Assembly (NCBI RefSeq): GCF_009914755.1
Contig: NC_060926.1
Strand: one strand, 5' to 3'
DNA: 64,000 nt
Source of the DNA: the human T2T-CHM13v2.0 reference genome, Homo sapiens
The notes under the pieces are model-generated. The model had not been told where the DNA came from. It saw only the letters and a program-made list of their open reading frames with translations, and made no database searches. Positions 13,522-26,950 of the stretch are shown here, in pieces. Made by a program: the position numbers and the translations under genes. Each line of letters starts with the position of its first letter. Positions within the stretch are counted from its first letter, which is position 1.

Positions 13522-15870
13522 TGTATTAGTTCATTTTCACACTGCTATAAAGAACTGCCTGAGACTGGGTAATTTACAAAGGAAAGAGGTTTAATTGACT
13601 CACAGTTCTACATGACTGGGAAGTCCTTAGGAAATTTACAATCATGGTGGAAGTCACCTCTTCACAGGGTGGTAGGAGAGAGAAAGAACTGAGTGAAGGG
13701 GGATGCCCCTTATAAAACCATGAGATTTCATGGGAACTTACTCACTATCATGAGAATAGCGTGGGGGAAATCAGCCCCATGATTCAATTACCTCCCACTG
13801 GGTCCCTCCCATGACACGTGAGGATTATGGGACTACAATTCAAGATGAGATTTGAATAGGGAAACAGCCAAAACATATCATTCAACTCTTGCCCCTTCCA
13901 AATCTCATGTCCTCACATTTTAAAACACAATCATGCCTTTCCAACAGTCCTCCAAAGTCTCAGGTCATTCCAGTATTAACCCAAAAGTCCAAGTCCAAAT
14001 TCTCATCTGAGACAGAGCAAGTCCCTTCTGCCTATGAGCCTGTAAAATCAAAAGCAAGCTAGTTACTTCCTAGATACAATGGAGGTACAGGCATTGGGTA
14101 AATACACCCATTCCAAATGGGAGAGATTGGCCAAAACTAAGGGGCTACAGTTCCCATGCAAGTCCAAAATCCAACAAGACAGTAATTAAATCTTAAAGTT
14201 CCAAAATAGTCTCCTTTGACTTCATGTCTCACATTAAGTTCAGGCTGATACAAGAGGTGAGCTTCCATGGCCTTGGCTAGCTCTGAACCTGTGGTTTTTC
14301 AGGGTACAGCCCTCCATCTGGCTGCTTTAACAAGTTGGTGTTGAGTGTCTGTGGCTTTTCCAGGCACACGGTGCAAGCTGTTGGTGGATCTACCATTTTG
14401 GGGTCTGGAGAATGGTGGCCTTCTCCTCACAGCTCCACTAGGCAGTGCCCTGGTGGTGCTGTGTGGGGATTCCAACCCCACATTTTCCTTTCACACCACC
14501 CTAGCAGAGGTTCTCCATGAAGACCCTGCCCCTGAAGCAGACTTCTGCCTGGAGATCCATCATTTCCATACATCCTCTGAAATCTAGGCATAGGTTCCCA
14601 AACCTCAGTTCTTGACTTCTATGCAGCCACAGGCTTAACACCACGTGAAAGCTGCCAAGGCTTGGGGCTTGCACCCTCTGAAGCCATGGCCTGAGCTATC
14701 CCTTTGTTCCTTTTAGCCATGGCTGGAATAGCCAGGACTCAGGGCACTAAGTCCCTAGGCTGCACACAGCATGGGGATCCCGGGCCCAGCCCACAATACC
14801 ATTTTTTCCTCCTAGGTCTCCAGGCCTGTGATGGGAGGGGCTGCCACAAGGGTCTTTGACATGTCCTGGAGACATTTTCCCCATTTTCTTGGTAGTTAAC
14901 ATATGGCTCCTCATTACTTATGCAAATTTCTGCAGCCAACTTGAATTTCTTCTCAAAAACATGGGTTTTTATATTCTATTGTATCCTCAGGCTGCTAATT
15001 TTCCAAACTTTTATGCTCTACTTCCCTTTTAGACATAAGTTCCAATTCCAAACCATATCTTTATGAATACAAAAAACTGAATGTTTTTAACAGCACACCA
15101 AGTCACCTCTGCTGCTTTGAAATGTTGTTCACCAGATACCCTAAATCATCTCCCTCAAGTTCAAAGTTCCACAGATCTCTAGGTCAGGGACAAAATGTCA
15201 CCAGTCTCTTTGCTAAAACATAGCAAGAGTCACCTTTATTCCAGTTCCCAACAAGTTCCCCATCTCCATCTGAGACCACCTCAGCCTGAACTTCATTATC
15301 CATATCACTATCAGCATTTTGGTCAAAGCCATTCAACAAGTCTCTAGGGAGTTCCAAACTTTCCCACACTTTCCTGTCTTCTTCTGAGCCCTTCAAACTG
15401 TTTCAACCTGTTACCCAGTTCCAAAGTCGCTTCAATATTTTTGGGTATCTTTAGAGCAGCACCCCATTACCCAGTACCAATGTACTGAATTATTAGTTTG
15501 TTTTCACACTGCCATAAAGAACTGCCCCAAACTGGGTAATTTATAAAGGAAAGAGGTTTAATTGACTCACAATTCTACATGGCTGGGAAGGCCTCAGGAA
15601 ACTTACAATCATGGTGGAAAGGAAACTTACTATCATGGTGGAAGGCACCTCTTTATAAGGTGGCAGGAGACAGAATGAGAACAAAGAGAAGGGGGAAGCC
15701 TCTTATAAAACCATCAGATCTCCTGAGAACTGACTGTCACAAGAATAGCATGGGGGAAACTGCCCCCATGATTCAATTACCTCCCACAGCATTCCTCCCA
15801 TAACACGTGAGGATTATGGGAACTACAATTCAAGATGAAATTTGGGTTAGGAAACAGCCAAACCATATCA
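13522..15870 (-). mobile_element. complete THE1 (THE1C/D-like) LTR-int-LTR element
   Basis: LTRs at 13522-13880 and about 15486-15870, internal region of about 1.6 kb, perfect 5-bp TSD ACCAC (13517-13521, 15871-15875); ORF pieces such as MKGSEEDRKVWESLELPRDLLNGFDQNAD match the decayed THE1 internal ORF. Confidence 0.96.
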
Positions 15871-16504
15871 ACCACTTAATATTTACCAACAGGTTTCTCA
15901 GGTTTAAGGCTACAGAATTAATATGCATGAACTTTAATTCTGACTAGATGCTTATTGTGGCATTCTGATGTGCACCTCCAGGTTGAGTGAAATCAGTGCA
16001 AACTCTTTTGGTCTTTATTTCTTAAATTAATTTTCATCACTATTTGATTTGTTACTATTTTTACACTCAGTAAATGTGCATCTTTACTTAACAAAAATCC
16101 AGTATTCAAAAATCCAGCACATTTTGCCTAGTGTAAATTAGGATTAAAAATAAATACTACCAATACTACCAAAGTTCTCTTCCATAGTGTAGCTAATAAT
16201 GATAAACCATAAATGAAAACCAGGCTAACAAATGACAATGACTTAAAAATAAGCTGATTAAACACTGTCTCAATCCTGATTCCTCAACCTCCTACTTTCT
16301 ATTGCATCATTCCCAGTAACACTCATACAACTCTGGACTCACCCATCCCAAAACAAAACAAACACACAAGCAAGCAAGCAAACAAATGCCACCTTTTCTC
16401 CCAAGGGAGAAAAGTGGAGCTGAGAGACATCAGAGCCTTGTCAACATCACAAGCCTTCAGAAGCTCTACCTTCCAGGTCAAGAAATGCCAATTCAAGAAA
16501 ACAA

Positions 16505-16700
16505 GACAATCTAGGTTTAATCCTGCCTATTCTGTCTACCAGTGATTAATTAACTCTCTTTATACTATATAACCTCATATGTAAATGAGTATTATAATAA
16601 TAGAACCTACTTCAGAGAGTCATCATGAATAATTATAAATAATGCTTTACAGGTAGTTGCCATAGTACCTGGAATTTGATATATGATCAGTAAATACTGG
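16505..16700 (+). mobile_element. MIR fragment
   Basis: CCTCATATGTAAATGAGTATTATAATAATAGAACCTACTTCAGAGAGT core. Confidence 0.6.
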
Positions 16701-17129
16701 TATGGTTATTAATCCTTATTAATCCTTATTCTATACCACTACTTCACCTACTGACTGGTAGGGATACAGTTCTCTCGTATGTTTTACTTGCAAAGAAGAT
16801 CTATGTGTGCCCTGAAATCTATTCTTACCATTATCATTGTGATGAGGGGCTTCATCCTTTTTCTGAAAATGATGCCAGCTAGTTGGAGAACCCTGCCTAT
16901 CTCCTACAATTTTGCCCAATCAATATTCCTTAAATACTGTCTCTACCATGTTAGTCCTCTGCTCTCAAACCTTCAGTGACACCCTCCACATCACCACAGT
17001 AAGACTAAATTTCTCAGCCTAACTTTCAAATCTGCCTCCACTCAAAACTCCTCACTTCATGTTTTGTAGCGTTGGTGCTCTCATCACCAACACTATCCCT
17101 CACCCTGTTGCCTCATGGCTCATGATGAC

Positions 17130-17345
17130 AGCATGGAGTAATGAGATCTCTGGAATCAGGGTGGTTGAGTTGAAAGCGTGGCTTTCCCAGTATCTGCAGT
17201 AGGCAGGTTACTTAATCTCACTAAACCTGAGTTTCTTTCTGTGTAAAATGAAACTATTAACAGCAGGATAGATTTTGGGGGGATTAAATAAAGCCAGGTA
17301 AGATCAAGTGAGGAGGCTGAACCTTAGGAAGCACACAGTAAATAT
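17130..17345 (+). mobile_element. MIR fragment
   Basis: GGCAGGTTACTTAATCTCACTAAACCTGAGTTTCTTTCTGTGTAAAATG core. Confidence 0.7.
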
Positions 17346-17804
17346 TCACACTTCTAATGGATAGTGCTTTAGTTCAGCTTTCTTCATTCCTCTGCTTAGC
17401 CAGACCCTTCTCATTATTTAAGACTGTCTCTGGTCTACTTCTTGGGCAACCTTCATTAAAAAGCTCTACCCTATTACCACAATGTTCCTTAGTGCTCATA
17501 TTTTGTACTTTACTTTCCCAATAGATTATAAATCCTTTAAGGGCAGAGGATTATATTTTATCCGCTAGTAGGCTCCATGGTACCTGACGAAGCACTGCAC
17601 AGATTTTAGAGTCTGCCCAAACTGTCTAACCACACTGTTTCCTCAGTAGCTATTGGACCAGAAAGTGAATAGGTGTTCATTATACTTCCCTGACTCATAT
17701 GACTTAATACCACTTGTCCACATGTGTAGCACTTACATGCTGAACAACTGTGGGTGAGACCTACAATTAGAGCAAAGATGAGGAGATAGAACATCAACAT
17801 CAGG

Positions 17805-18148
17805 CAGCGGTCCCCAATCTTTTTCGCACCAGGAACTGGTTTCACGGAAGACAATTTTTTCCATGGTAGAGGAGAGGGAGTCAGGGGATGCTTTTGGGAT
17901 GAAACTGCTCCACCTCAGATCATCAGGCATTGGATTCTTATAAGGAGTGTGCAACCTAGATTCCTCACATGTGAGCTCATGAAAGAATTGGTGTTTCTAT
18001 GAAAATCTAATGCCACCACTGAGCTAACAGGAGACTGAGCTCAGGCAGTAATGCTTACTCCCCTGCTGCTCACACCTCTTGCTATGCAGCCCGGTTTCTA
18101 ACAGGCCATGGACCAACCAGTCCATGGCACGGGAGTTGGGGACCCCTG
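17805..18148 (+). mobile_element. MER1B hAT-Charlie MITE
   Basis: TIRs CAGCGGTCCCCAA ... TTGGGGACCCCTG; degenerate 8-bp TSD ACATCAGG / ACATAAAG. Confidence 0.92.
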
Positions 18149-18558
18149 ACATAAAGTATGGTCAAGATTTTACCATCATACCTGTTGAAACAAACCGTTT
18201 TTACTGTCTTTGTCTATATCTTCTGTTCTCTGAATAACATATGTAGATTTCAAGGGTTTGTTTTCTCAAATAATAATTATGTCTGTTCAGATGGCATACA
18301 GGTTCATATTTTGACAGGATAAAAGGCAAATAAAAGTTGACCAAAAAATCTATGAATTCTACTGAGAAGTATAACACTTTGTAGGTACCAACAGATGACT
18401 CTTCTCTCCTTGAGTACTTTTGTTCCAGGAACAGAGATTATAACCTACCTTAAGCCCTAAGATGCCTACTCATGATAGACATGTTAAAATTGACATTTAA
18501 CAAAATTGAGCATTAAAAGAGGCATTATATTAAGTGCTAAGAAGTATCACCCATTTAA

Positions 18559-18914
<356 letters not shown>

Positions 18915-19664
18915 TCAGATTAGTTTATTTGAATATGCTTATGCTCTGCTATATAAATTTAATACAGTGAAAAATAATGCTATTTGGAAAAAAAAAATCC
19001 TTGAAGAGGTATCTAACGTAAAAGTAGATTAAAACTGTCTATATGTGTAGATGTGTGGCAGCTTTTTGCTTCGGAAATAGATGCATATGTAATATATGTT
19101 ATACAAGTGATAAAATTTATTAAATATTTGTGAAATAAATTATAAAAATAGCTGTTTAAATGAAAAATAATTTTTCAAGAATACAGTAGAAATTATGTTA
19201 AAAAGACATAAATATGTTGGTCTTAGATTGGTATTATTATTGAATACACTTAATTTTAGACTTTTAAACTTTTACCTTGCACAGGAAGTCTATTTACCTG
19301 TGATAGACCACCTTGAAACAATATGAGGAAAAAAGGTTTATCTGATATTAGTAGTGTTATCTCTCATAGTAAAGAAAATAAATCCAGTTTCGGGGAGATT
19401 TGTGGGAGGAATAGTATCTTTGTGACGCACTTCCCCAAGCATGCTCACGTACATACATATCAGCCAGTCATTTGATAGGGGTCGCCCCCAAGAAGGTGGC
19501 ATGCCTACCACAAGGTGGCTTTCAACAACCGAGGGAAAATCCTGGAGCAGCATTTAACTGAGGAAGTCAGCCTCCAAAACCCTAGTAGCCGAGGGATGGA
19601 GTGTGTCTGGGAGACACACCACAGCATCCACTACACTGATCTTGTTAGGTGATTTCTTAAGAGG

Positions 19665-20214
19665 TGTCAGTTGAGGAAAATGATGTGACAAGTCTCAATC
19701 ATTTTAGGAGATTTATTTGCCAGAGTTAAGGACATGCCCAGGAGACAGATCTAAGCCTTTCTCCAAAGATGATTTTGAGGGCTCTAAATTTAAAGGGGAA
19801 AGGGTGGGAGATTGAGAAGTACATGGTTTTCATGTAAGTGACTCTGTATTTTTTTACATAAGATGACATAAACAAAAGGGTCAGAGGAAAAATGCAGGGA
19901 ATCTGCATTTTACATAAGATAATACAGACAAAATAGGGTAGGGGAAGGATCAGATATGCATTTGTTTCTGGTGGGCTGGAGTAATTGCACCTGTAAAGAT
20001 AAGCTATCAATTTCCATTGCCATGGGAAAATTTTAACAGCTCACTAGGAATTTCCTTGTGGGCAAAATGTGGGGGAGGCATGTAGCTTTTCATCTTGCAG
20101 CCATGTTATTCAGGAACTAAAAGGGGGAAGCAGGTTTGCATGACCCAGTTTCCAATTTGAGTTTTCCCTTTGGCTAAATGTGTTTGGGGTCCCAAAATTT
20201 AATTTCCTTTCACA
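19665..20214 (-). mobile_element. ERV1 solo LTR (MER4A-like)
   Basis: Ends GGGGTCCCAAAATTTAATTTCCTTTCACA, the reverse complement of the MER4A start; 4-bp TSD GAGG on both sides. Confidence 0.9.
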
Positions 20215-20722
20215 GAGGTAAACCTTTATGTTTGCTCTTTCTTCTTCCACACTTTCATCAACATTTTGTTGTGTGCTTCTCCTTCCATGGCCTAGCTGCC
20301 ACCATCCTGACCTTATCTTTGCAATTTTCCAAAGTCCTCAAAACCCTTCACAGAATATGCTGAATTTTTCTTTGCTTAAACTGAAATCTGACTCACCTCT
20401 GAGGATATAACTTTCAGCTCTAGTGACAACTACATGTTTTCCTCTACCATACTGGCACATGGCAATTCACATGGATCAGCCTTGTCCTTTATCCTCACTG
20501 CCGGAGCTTTTTTTCTTCCCTCCTTGGAAACTCTTAACTGGAAATGTTCTCCTCTACTCGTCCTTCTTTCTACCAGCTAACGAAGTCCTTCTCACAAACA
20601 TGGCGGCACATGCCTCATGGTATTATTCTGTAGCCCACATCCTGGCCCCATCCAGGTGACTTCATAGCCACATGCACAATTTATGAAATGTTCTAGTCCC
20701 TTCATACTTAGAGAGTGGTCCA

Positions 20723-21135
<413 letters not shown>

Positions 21136-22530
21136 CCTAGACTCTTTATTCCTTGACATAGTCATCTATGATCTTCACAGGCCCTCTGCTTTAGGACATC
21201 TGTTCTTTGACTGCATCGAGCTCGACATTGAGACGTCTAGACCATTGGTCCTTTGATTTCTTCTCACAAATTGACACCCTTTCGGTTGCTGTTGTTCCTC
21301 ATGAAACTCTTGGAAGGACCTGTAACTCTAACTTGCCAGGTGAGATGTTCCCTAAATTGCCAAAGAGCATCTATATTACCTTTAGTGCTATAAAAAATTA
21401 GCAAAGTCAAGTGAAGCTGGGGTGGTGTGTACAGTGCTTGAGCTTGCCCCATTTCTCATCTTTGACTTTAGTTTCTGACTTAAATTGAAATAGATGATTA
21501 ATATTTACATCATTGTTTATAGTTTATGAAGCAATTTTAGACACATTACCTCATTTGGCTATAAAGTTGTACAGTAGAAAAAGCATTCCATTTTATAATC
21601 AGACAGTTCAGATTGAGAGAGGAAAGGCATGTAAGGTATTCAGATCTCATAATCAATCAGGGACTCAACCTCAGATCCTCTGATTCCTACTTCAGCCCAT
21701 ATTCTATGGCACTTAAAATACTGCCATTTATTCTAGTATTTCATGCCTATTAGAACATCATGTGATTTGACATGAAAACAAATGAACTTATACTTCTCTA
21801 ATCTGAATTTGTATTACCTGAATAAAGGAATGGGTTTTTACCTACGAATCCTTTTACATTGTAATATAATTCCATTCAATGAAATATTAGAGTGAATTAT
21901 TTAAATATCACAACATTAAAAATGACAAAAGTCAGCTTTAATAGAATTGACTTATTCCATCATTTTGTCTCCGTAATTCTAGAGGATATATATATTTATT
22001 TCTTCATCTTGTTTGGCTGTTTAGCAGTAGACATGCTGTTATTTTGGTAAGTCTTACTTATTTATAATTCTTGACACAGATGGAATCAAAATCTTGGTTT
22101 TAACTATTTCTAGACTTTCTGTGATAGGAACCAAGAATCACACAGCATAGTCTTTGTTACCATTCAGATAGACTGTTTGGATATATTCAAGTTATCTATT
22201 TCATTTCCACCATTTGTAACAGACACTATTAGGTATTATGACCCAAATGTTCAATTAGAAATGATCTTGTTTTTGAGGAATTTACAACCTACTGTGGGAG
22301 ACAACAATGTAAGACAGTAATAGAGTCTTTGATAATGATAACAGAATAGAAAGTAATTCAAAATATGAGACTGTCAGAAGAGGGAAGGGCAAATTAGCAG
22401 AAGAAATTTACAGAAGAAAGAGCATTTGACTTGAATCTTGAAAAGTCAGAGCCATAATGAAGGGAACGGCATGTTAGTCACTAGAGAAAAACATGACAGT
22501 GGCTTCACAGCAGGTAAGTAAAATGGAGGG

Positions 22531-22919
22531 TGATGTGGTTTGGCTGTGTCCCCATCCAAATTTTATCTTGAATTGTAGTTCCATAATCCCCACATGTTAT
22601 GGGAAGGACCAGGTGGAGATAATTGAATCATGGGGGTGGTTTCCCCCATCCTGTTCTTATGATAGTGAGTGAGTTATCATGAGATCTGATGGTTATATGA
22701 GGTCCTTCCCCCTTTGCTGAGCACTGGTTCTTCTCTCTTCTGCCACCATGTGAAGAAGGATGTGTTTGCTTCCCCTTCCACCATGATTGTAGGTTTCCTG
22801 CGGCCTACCCAGCCATGCTGAACTGTGAGTCAATAGTCAATTAATCCTCTTTTCTTTATAAATGCCCAAGTCTTGGGTATGCCTTTGCTATAATAGCAGT
22901 GTGAGAACAGACTAATACG
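22531..22919 (+). mobile_element. THE1 solo LTR
   Basis: TGATGTGGTTTGGCTGTGTCCCCA ... GAGAACAGACTAATACG; perfect TSD GAGGG. Confidence 0.95.
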
Positions 22920-23411
22920 GAGGGCTTGAGCCGTGACATGGCACTGACAAATTCGAGGAGAAAAAGGAGGTCAGCATAGATGTTGATGATATGGAAAAGT
23001 CAGCTGAGATAAAAATCACAAAGTTACTCAATGAGTGAAAAGAGTGTGGCTATTCAGATGTAGGTTTTCACGTACTGGTAGCATGAATAAATCTGCCAAG
23101 AAGCTTTGGAAAATACCAAGATGAGGAACAACAAAGACTGAGAAAATAAGTTAGGAGACCGTTTTTCATAAGGAGACTATGGAGGCCTAAAATAGGAGAG
23201 TAGTAGATAGAATGGGAAGGATAATATGAATTGAAAGACACTTCAGAAGCAAAATCAATAAGATGCATTCATCTATTTTATGTAAGGAGGGGAGAGAGAA
23301 CATGCCAAAGAGAAACCAAAGAATACTACATGTTCTAAATAAACTGGAGAAGTTGGTTTCCAGTGCTACTCTATGAGCAAGTGCCCAATACTATAAATCT
23401 CAGAGCCCCCA

Positions 23412-23772
23412 TGTATTAGTCTGTTCTCACGCTGCTAATAAAGGCCTACCTGAGACTGGGTAACTTATAACAGAAAGAGGTTTAATTGACTCACAGTTCC
23501 ACATGGCTGGGGAGGCCTCACAATCATGTCAGAAGGCGAATGAGGAGCAAAGGTTCATCTTGCATGGTGGCAGACAAGAGAGCTAGTGCAGGGGAACTCC
23601 CCTTTATGAAACCATTAGCTCTCGTGAGACTTATTCACTACCTGGAGAACAGTATGGGGGAAACTGCCCCTATGATTCAATTATCTCCACCTGGCCCCCC
23701 ACTTGACACATGAGGATTGCAGAACTACAATTCAAGATGAGATTTGAATGGGGACACAGCCAAAACATATCA
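23412..23772 (-). mobile_element. THE1 solo LTR
   Basis: TGTATTAGTCTGTTCTCAC ... GGGGACACAGCCAAAACATATCA; TSD CCCCA / CTCCA. Confidence 0.95.
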
Positions 23773-24117
23773 CTCCATTCCTGAGACTATTCTTCAGAAT
23801 GTCTGGGATGGTGCTAGGAATCTTCATTTTAAAAAAATTTCCCCAGGGAATAGTTTCTGTGGTCATTTCTGCCATAGGCCTGGTAGGTAGCAAGCCATGT
23901 TGTTAACACTTACCTATTCCATCAAATGACACCTTGTGTCTAGTTTTATAGAGAGGATGTGTGTCACTACTTTAGGAGAGAGAAGAATGATGCCAACATT
24001 TATAACTTTTGAGAGTGGCTATGTCATAGATTCCTTTGAAAAAATCAATCTTGAGTATATTCATGTTTCTAAAAACCAATGGAACCAGGAGTTCTGATGA
24101 CTTTTATTTAATAAGCT

Positions 24118-24405
24118 GTTTTTCTTTTTTAAAAATAATTTAAACTTTTATTTTAGATTCAGGGGGTTCATGTGCAGGTTTTTTACATGGGTATATTGTG
24201 TGATGCTGAAGTTTGGGGTACAAATAATTCTGTCACCCAGGTAGTGAGCGTAGTATACAATAAGTAGTTTTTCAGCCCTTACCTCCCTGCCCCCATCTCC
24301 CTCATTTAGTAGTCTCGTGTCTATTGTTCCTATCCTTTTGTCCATATGTACCCAATGTTTAGCTCCCTCATGCAGTATTTGGTCTTCTATTTCTGTGGTT
24401 AATTC
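24118..24405 (-). mobile_element. 5'-truncated old L1PA (L1PA15/16-like) 3' end
   Basis: TTTTAGATTCAGGGGGTTCATGTGCAGGTT...CACCCAGGTAGTGAGCGTAGTA; flanking direct repeat ATTTAATAAGC. Confidence 0.88.
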
Positions 24406-24649
24406 ATTTAATAAGCCATTATTTTGATGCTTTTCGTTCCCTCCACAATCCACAGACATTTTTGGGGTTTATCTACAGGCAAAGTCTTAGTTTACTACAG
24501 GGGAAGATGTCCTCAGTGTTTTGGTAAAGAGAACAAATGAATGTAGTTCCCTACTGATTAATTGATACAGTGTACACTTATTTTAATGTAGAATGGTCTT
24601 AAAGAAATAGAAACAGTTTTAGACAGCTAATCTGCCATCTGGAATATAA

Positions 24650-25700
24650 GATATAAGTACATGTTCTCTATTAAATTTTAATCAGGACACAACCTGGAGT
24701 CTATAAAAGAAATTGCTGACAGATTTGGCTACACAAAAATTCAAATGTCCCTATGATGAAGTTTCCACATTCCAAGTTAAAAGATAAACAACAGGCTAAG
24801 AGAAACATTTACACTAAGCAAAAGAAACAAAGGTGTTCATTATAGGTAAAGAATTTCTTAGAATCATGAAGAAAAAGAAAGATCCAAAGAAAAAATGGGG
24901 CAAATACGTAAACAGGCAACTCAGAACAAACAAACAAACAACACAAATGTCCAGTGTAGGTAAGACTTGTTCAACCTCAGTAGTAATTTAAAAAGGCAAG
25001 TGAGAAAACAAGTTTTTTTTTTTTTACAAAATATTGACAAAACATTTTTTAATTGATAACAAATAGTGATTGAGAGACTGTGCAAAACAATAGTCTAGTC
25101 ACAGACAACTTGGTGGAATATAAATCGTTTTTGCTCTTTGTGAGAGAACTTTGGTAGTATCCATAAATTTAAAATGCATATATCCTTTCACTTATGGATT
25201 TCAGTACAATCTAGCCTATAAAATTACTAGCATGTATGGTCAAAGATGTATACCTAAGAATGTCAGTTTCAGTATTATTTATAATAACAAAAAGCTGGAA
25301 ATACCCTCATTATGTATCAATAATGTAATAATAAATCCTGAAACGTTATGCACCCGTCAAAAATGAGATAGATTTATAGGTCTTGATTTTTTAAAAAAGA
25401 TCTCTTTGGTGTAGTAAGTGAACAAAATCACTTCACAGAATAAAACATATAGTATGAGTGAATTTGTAGGTTTCTAAAATTTATATGATTGCATATATAC
25501 ATCTATGCATATAAAAATATTTACAAGGGCTGGATGGATTTTATAAGGGTTGGATGAATACTATTGTGGGGAAGTATGAATTTACTTCTGGGGAAGGGAA
25601 TCATTTGGGAAAGTGGGACTTCATAAAAGATTTTCATTGTTTAATGTGTATAGCCCTACATTATGTAAATATTCTACGATAAAAATATTTTCTTATATAA
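24650..25700 (+). mobile_element. ancient L1M (L1ME-like) 3' region
   Basis: AAAAATGGGGCAAATACGTAAACAGGCAACTCA, TTGGTAGTATCCATAAATTTAAAATGCATATATCCTTT; heavily diverged. Confidence 0.65.
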
Positions 25701-26415
25701 TTGGAAAAATAAACAATAGATATTAAAAAACCTCCCTAATATTGGAGAAAACAGTAAAGTTAAAGACTTCTTAAGGGAAAAACAAAGCACACCTGTTCTA
25801 ACTGTAAGAAAAGCTTCTGAACTTCCTGGCTATGCCTATCTTTGACAAAATGCTAGTGCTGTGTTAAAAGAATACATTAAAATTTAACACTTTATGATTA
25901 AATGTAAGATTTAGGGTGTGGAGATTTCAAACTGTGAATTTGCGTAAAATTTAGTTTGCTTGTTGCTGCTGTTTTTTTTTTCTTGTAAAGCTGTAGCTGA
26001 TAAAAAGTCTTGTGAGAGAGAGAGGAGAGAGTAACTGATGCTTAGACAAAATAAAGTCATTATCATATGACAAGGTCTTTCTCATTCCATTCAGGCCCCT
26101 TAATAACTTTATTGCATCTCTAGGTATAAAGATCATATCTCACAAGGGAAGAAACTGCATTATATATGCTGGGCAGCTGCCTACCTACCATTCTCATGCA
26201 TTTGTTGTGAGAGCAACATCTGTGTTCTTTCTACATGTAGAGGGCTCCGCTGCCATCCTTCCCAAAACTTCTGGAGGTCACCGTTTTTACAACAGGATAT
26301 CTCTCGCACCAGTGACCTGCATTTTAACACTTTGCCCTGTTATCTATAGAAAGAGAGGTTCTTTCCAAATCCCAGGAGTGCGTTAAACGTTATTTCTGAG
26401 GTAAATCAGACTCAC

Positions 26416-26950
26416 ACAAAGTTAGCGTTCCCCAAAGGTGGGGGGGGGGGGGTGGTGCCTCAGTATAAAAATGTCCCCCAGTGGATAATTCATCATGTGA
26501 TATTTCAAGCACTGAGAAAGCAGAAGTAACAACATTTGGAAAGAAAGGGTGCAATTTCCTTCCTTTACATGTGTGAGGAGCGCGCGCCTGTGTGTGGGGG
26601 GTGGGGTGGGGGGCTATGGGAAGGAGTGGATCTTGTAGTGGACAGCATTCTTTGAATATAAATATACATGTAAACATATAAATATATAAATATATATGCG
26701 CGCATTTTTCTCCTGCATAAAGGAGTCAGGCCGATCTCTTTCTATTTGATCTTAATCCCTCTCCCCCGCCAGCGTGGCCCAGGAGCACCCCTCTCTTTCT
26801 AATAAACGGCTGGCAGAGCAAGCCGTTCACGCAGTCCCCTTTGATCACCTTGGAGCTGTCAGCCCTTGCTGCTGTTTTCCTCCCAGCTCTTGTTCCTGCC
26901 TAAAAGTGGAAGTAATACCCACTGAAAGAAATACCCCAGGTGTCCTGCAA
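26416..26950 (-). other. candidate non-coding first exon (5' boundary unknown)
   Basis: Minus-strand donor TTTGT|GTGAGT at 26416/26415 directly downstream of the CpG-rich region; unique sequence. Confidence 0.45.
26422..26496 (-). other. 24-aa ORF MMNYPLGDIFILRHHPPPPTFGER (candidate uORF)
   Basis: ATGATG at 26496 to TAA at 26424-26422, 75 nt, spanning a C13 run; a uORF only if the exon call is right. Confidence 0.35.

Noticed and set aside
14299-15803. Cluster of ORFs in THE1
   Set aside because: Fragments of the decayed MaLR internal ORF and LTR, not an intact gene
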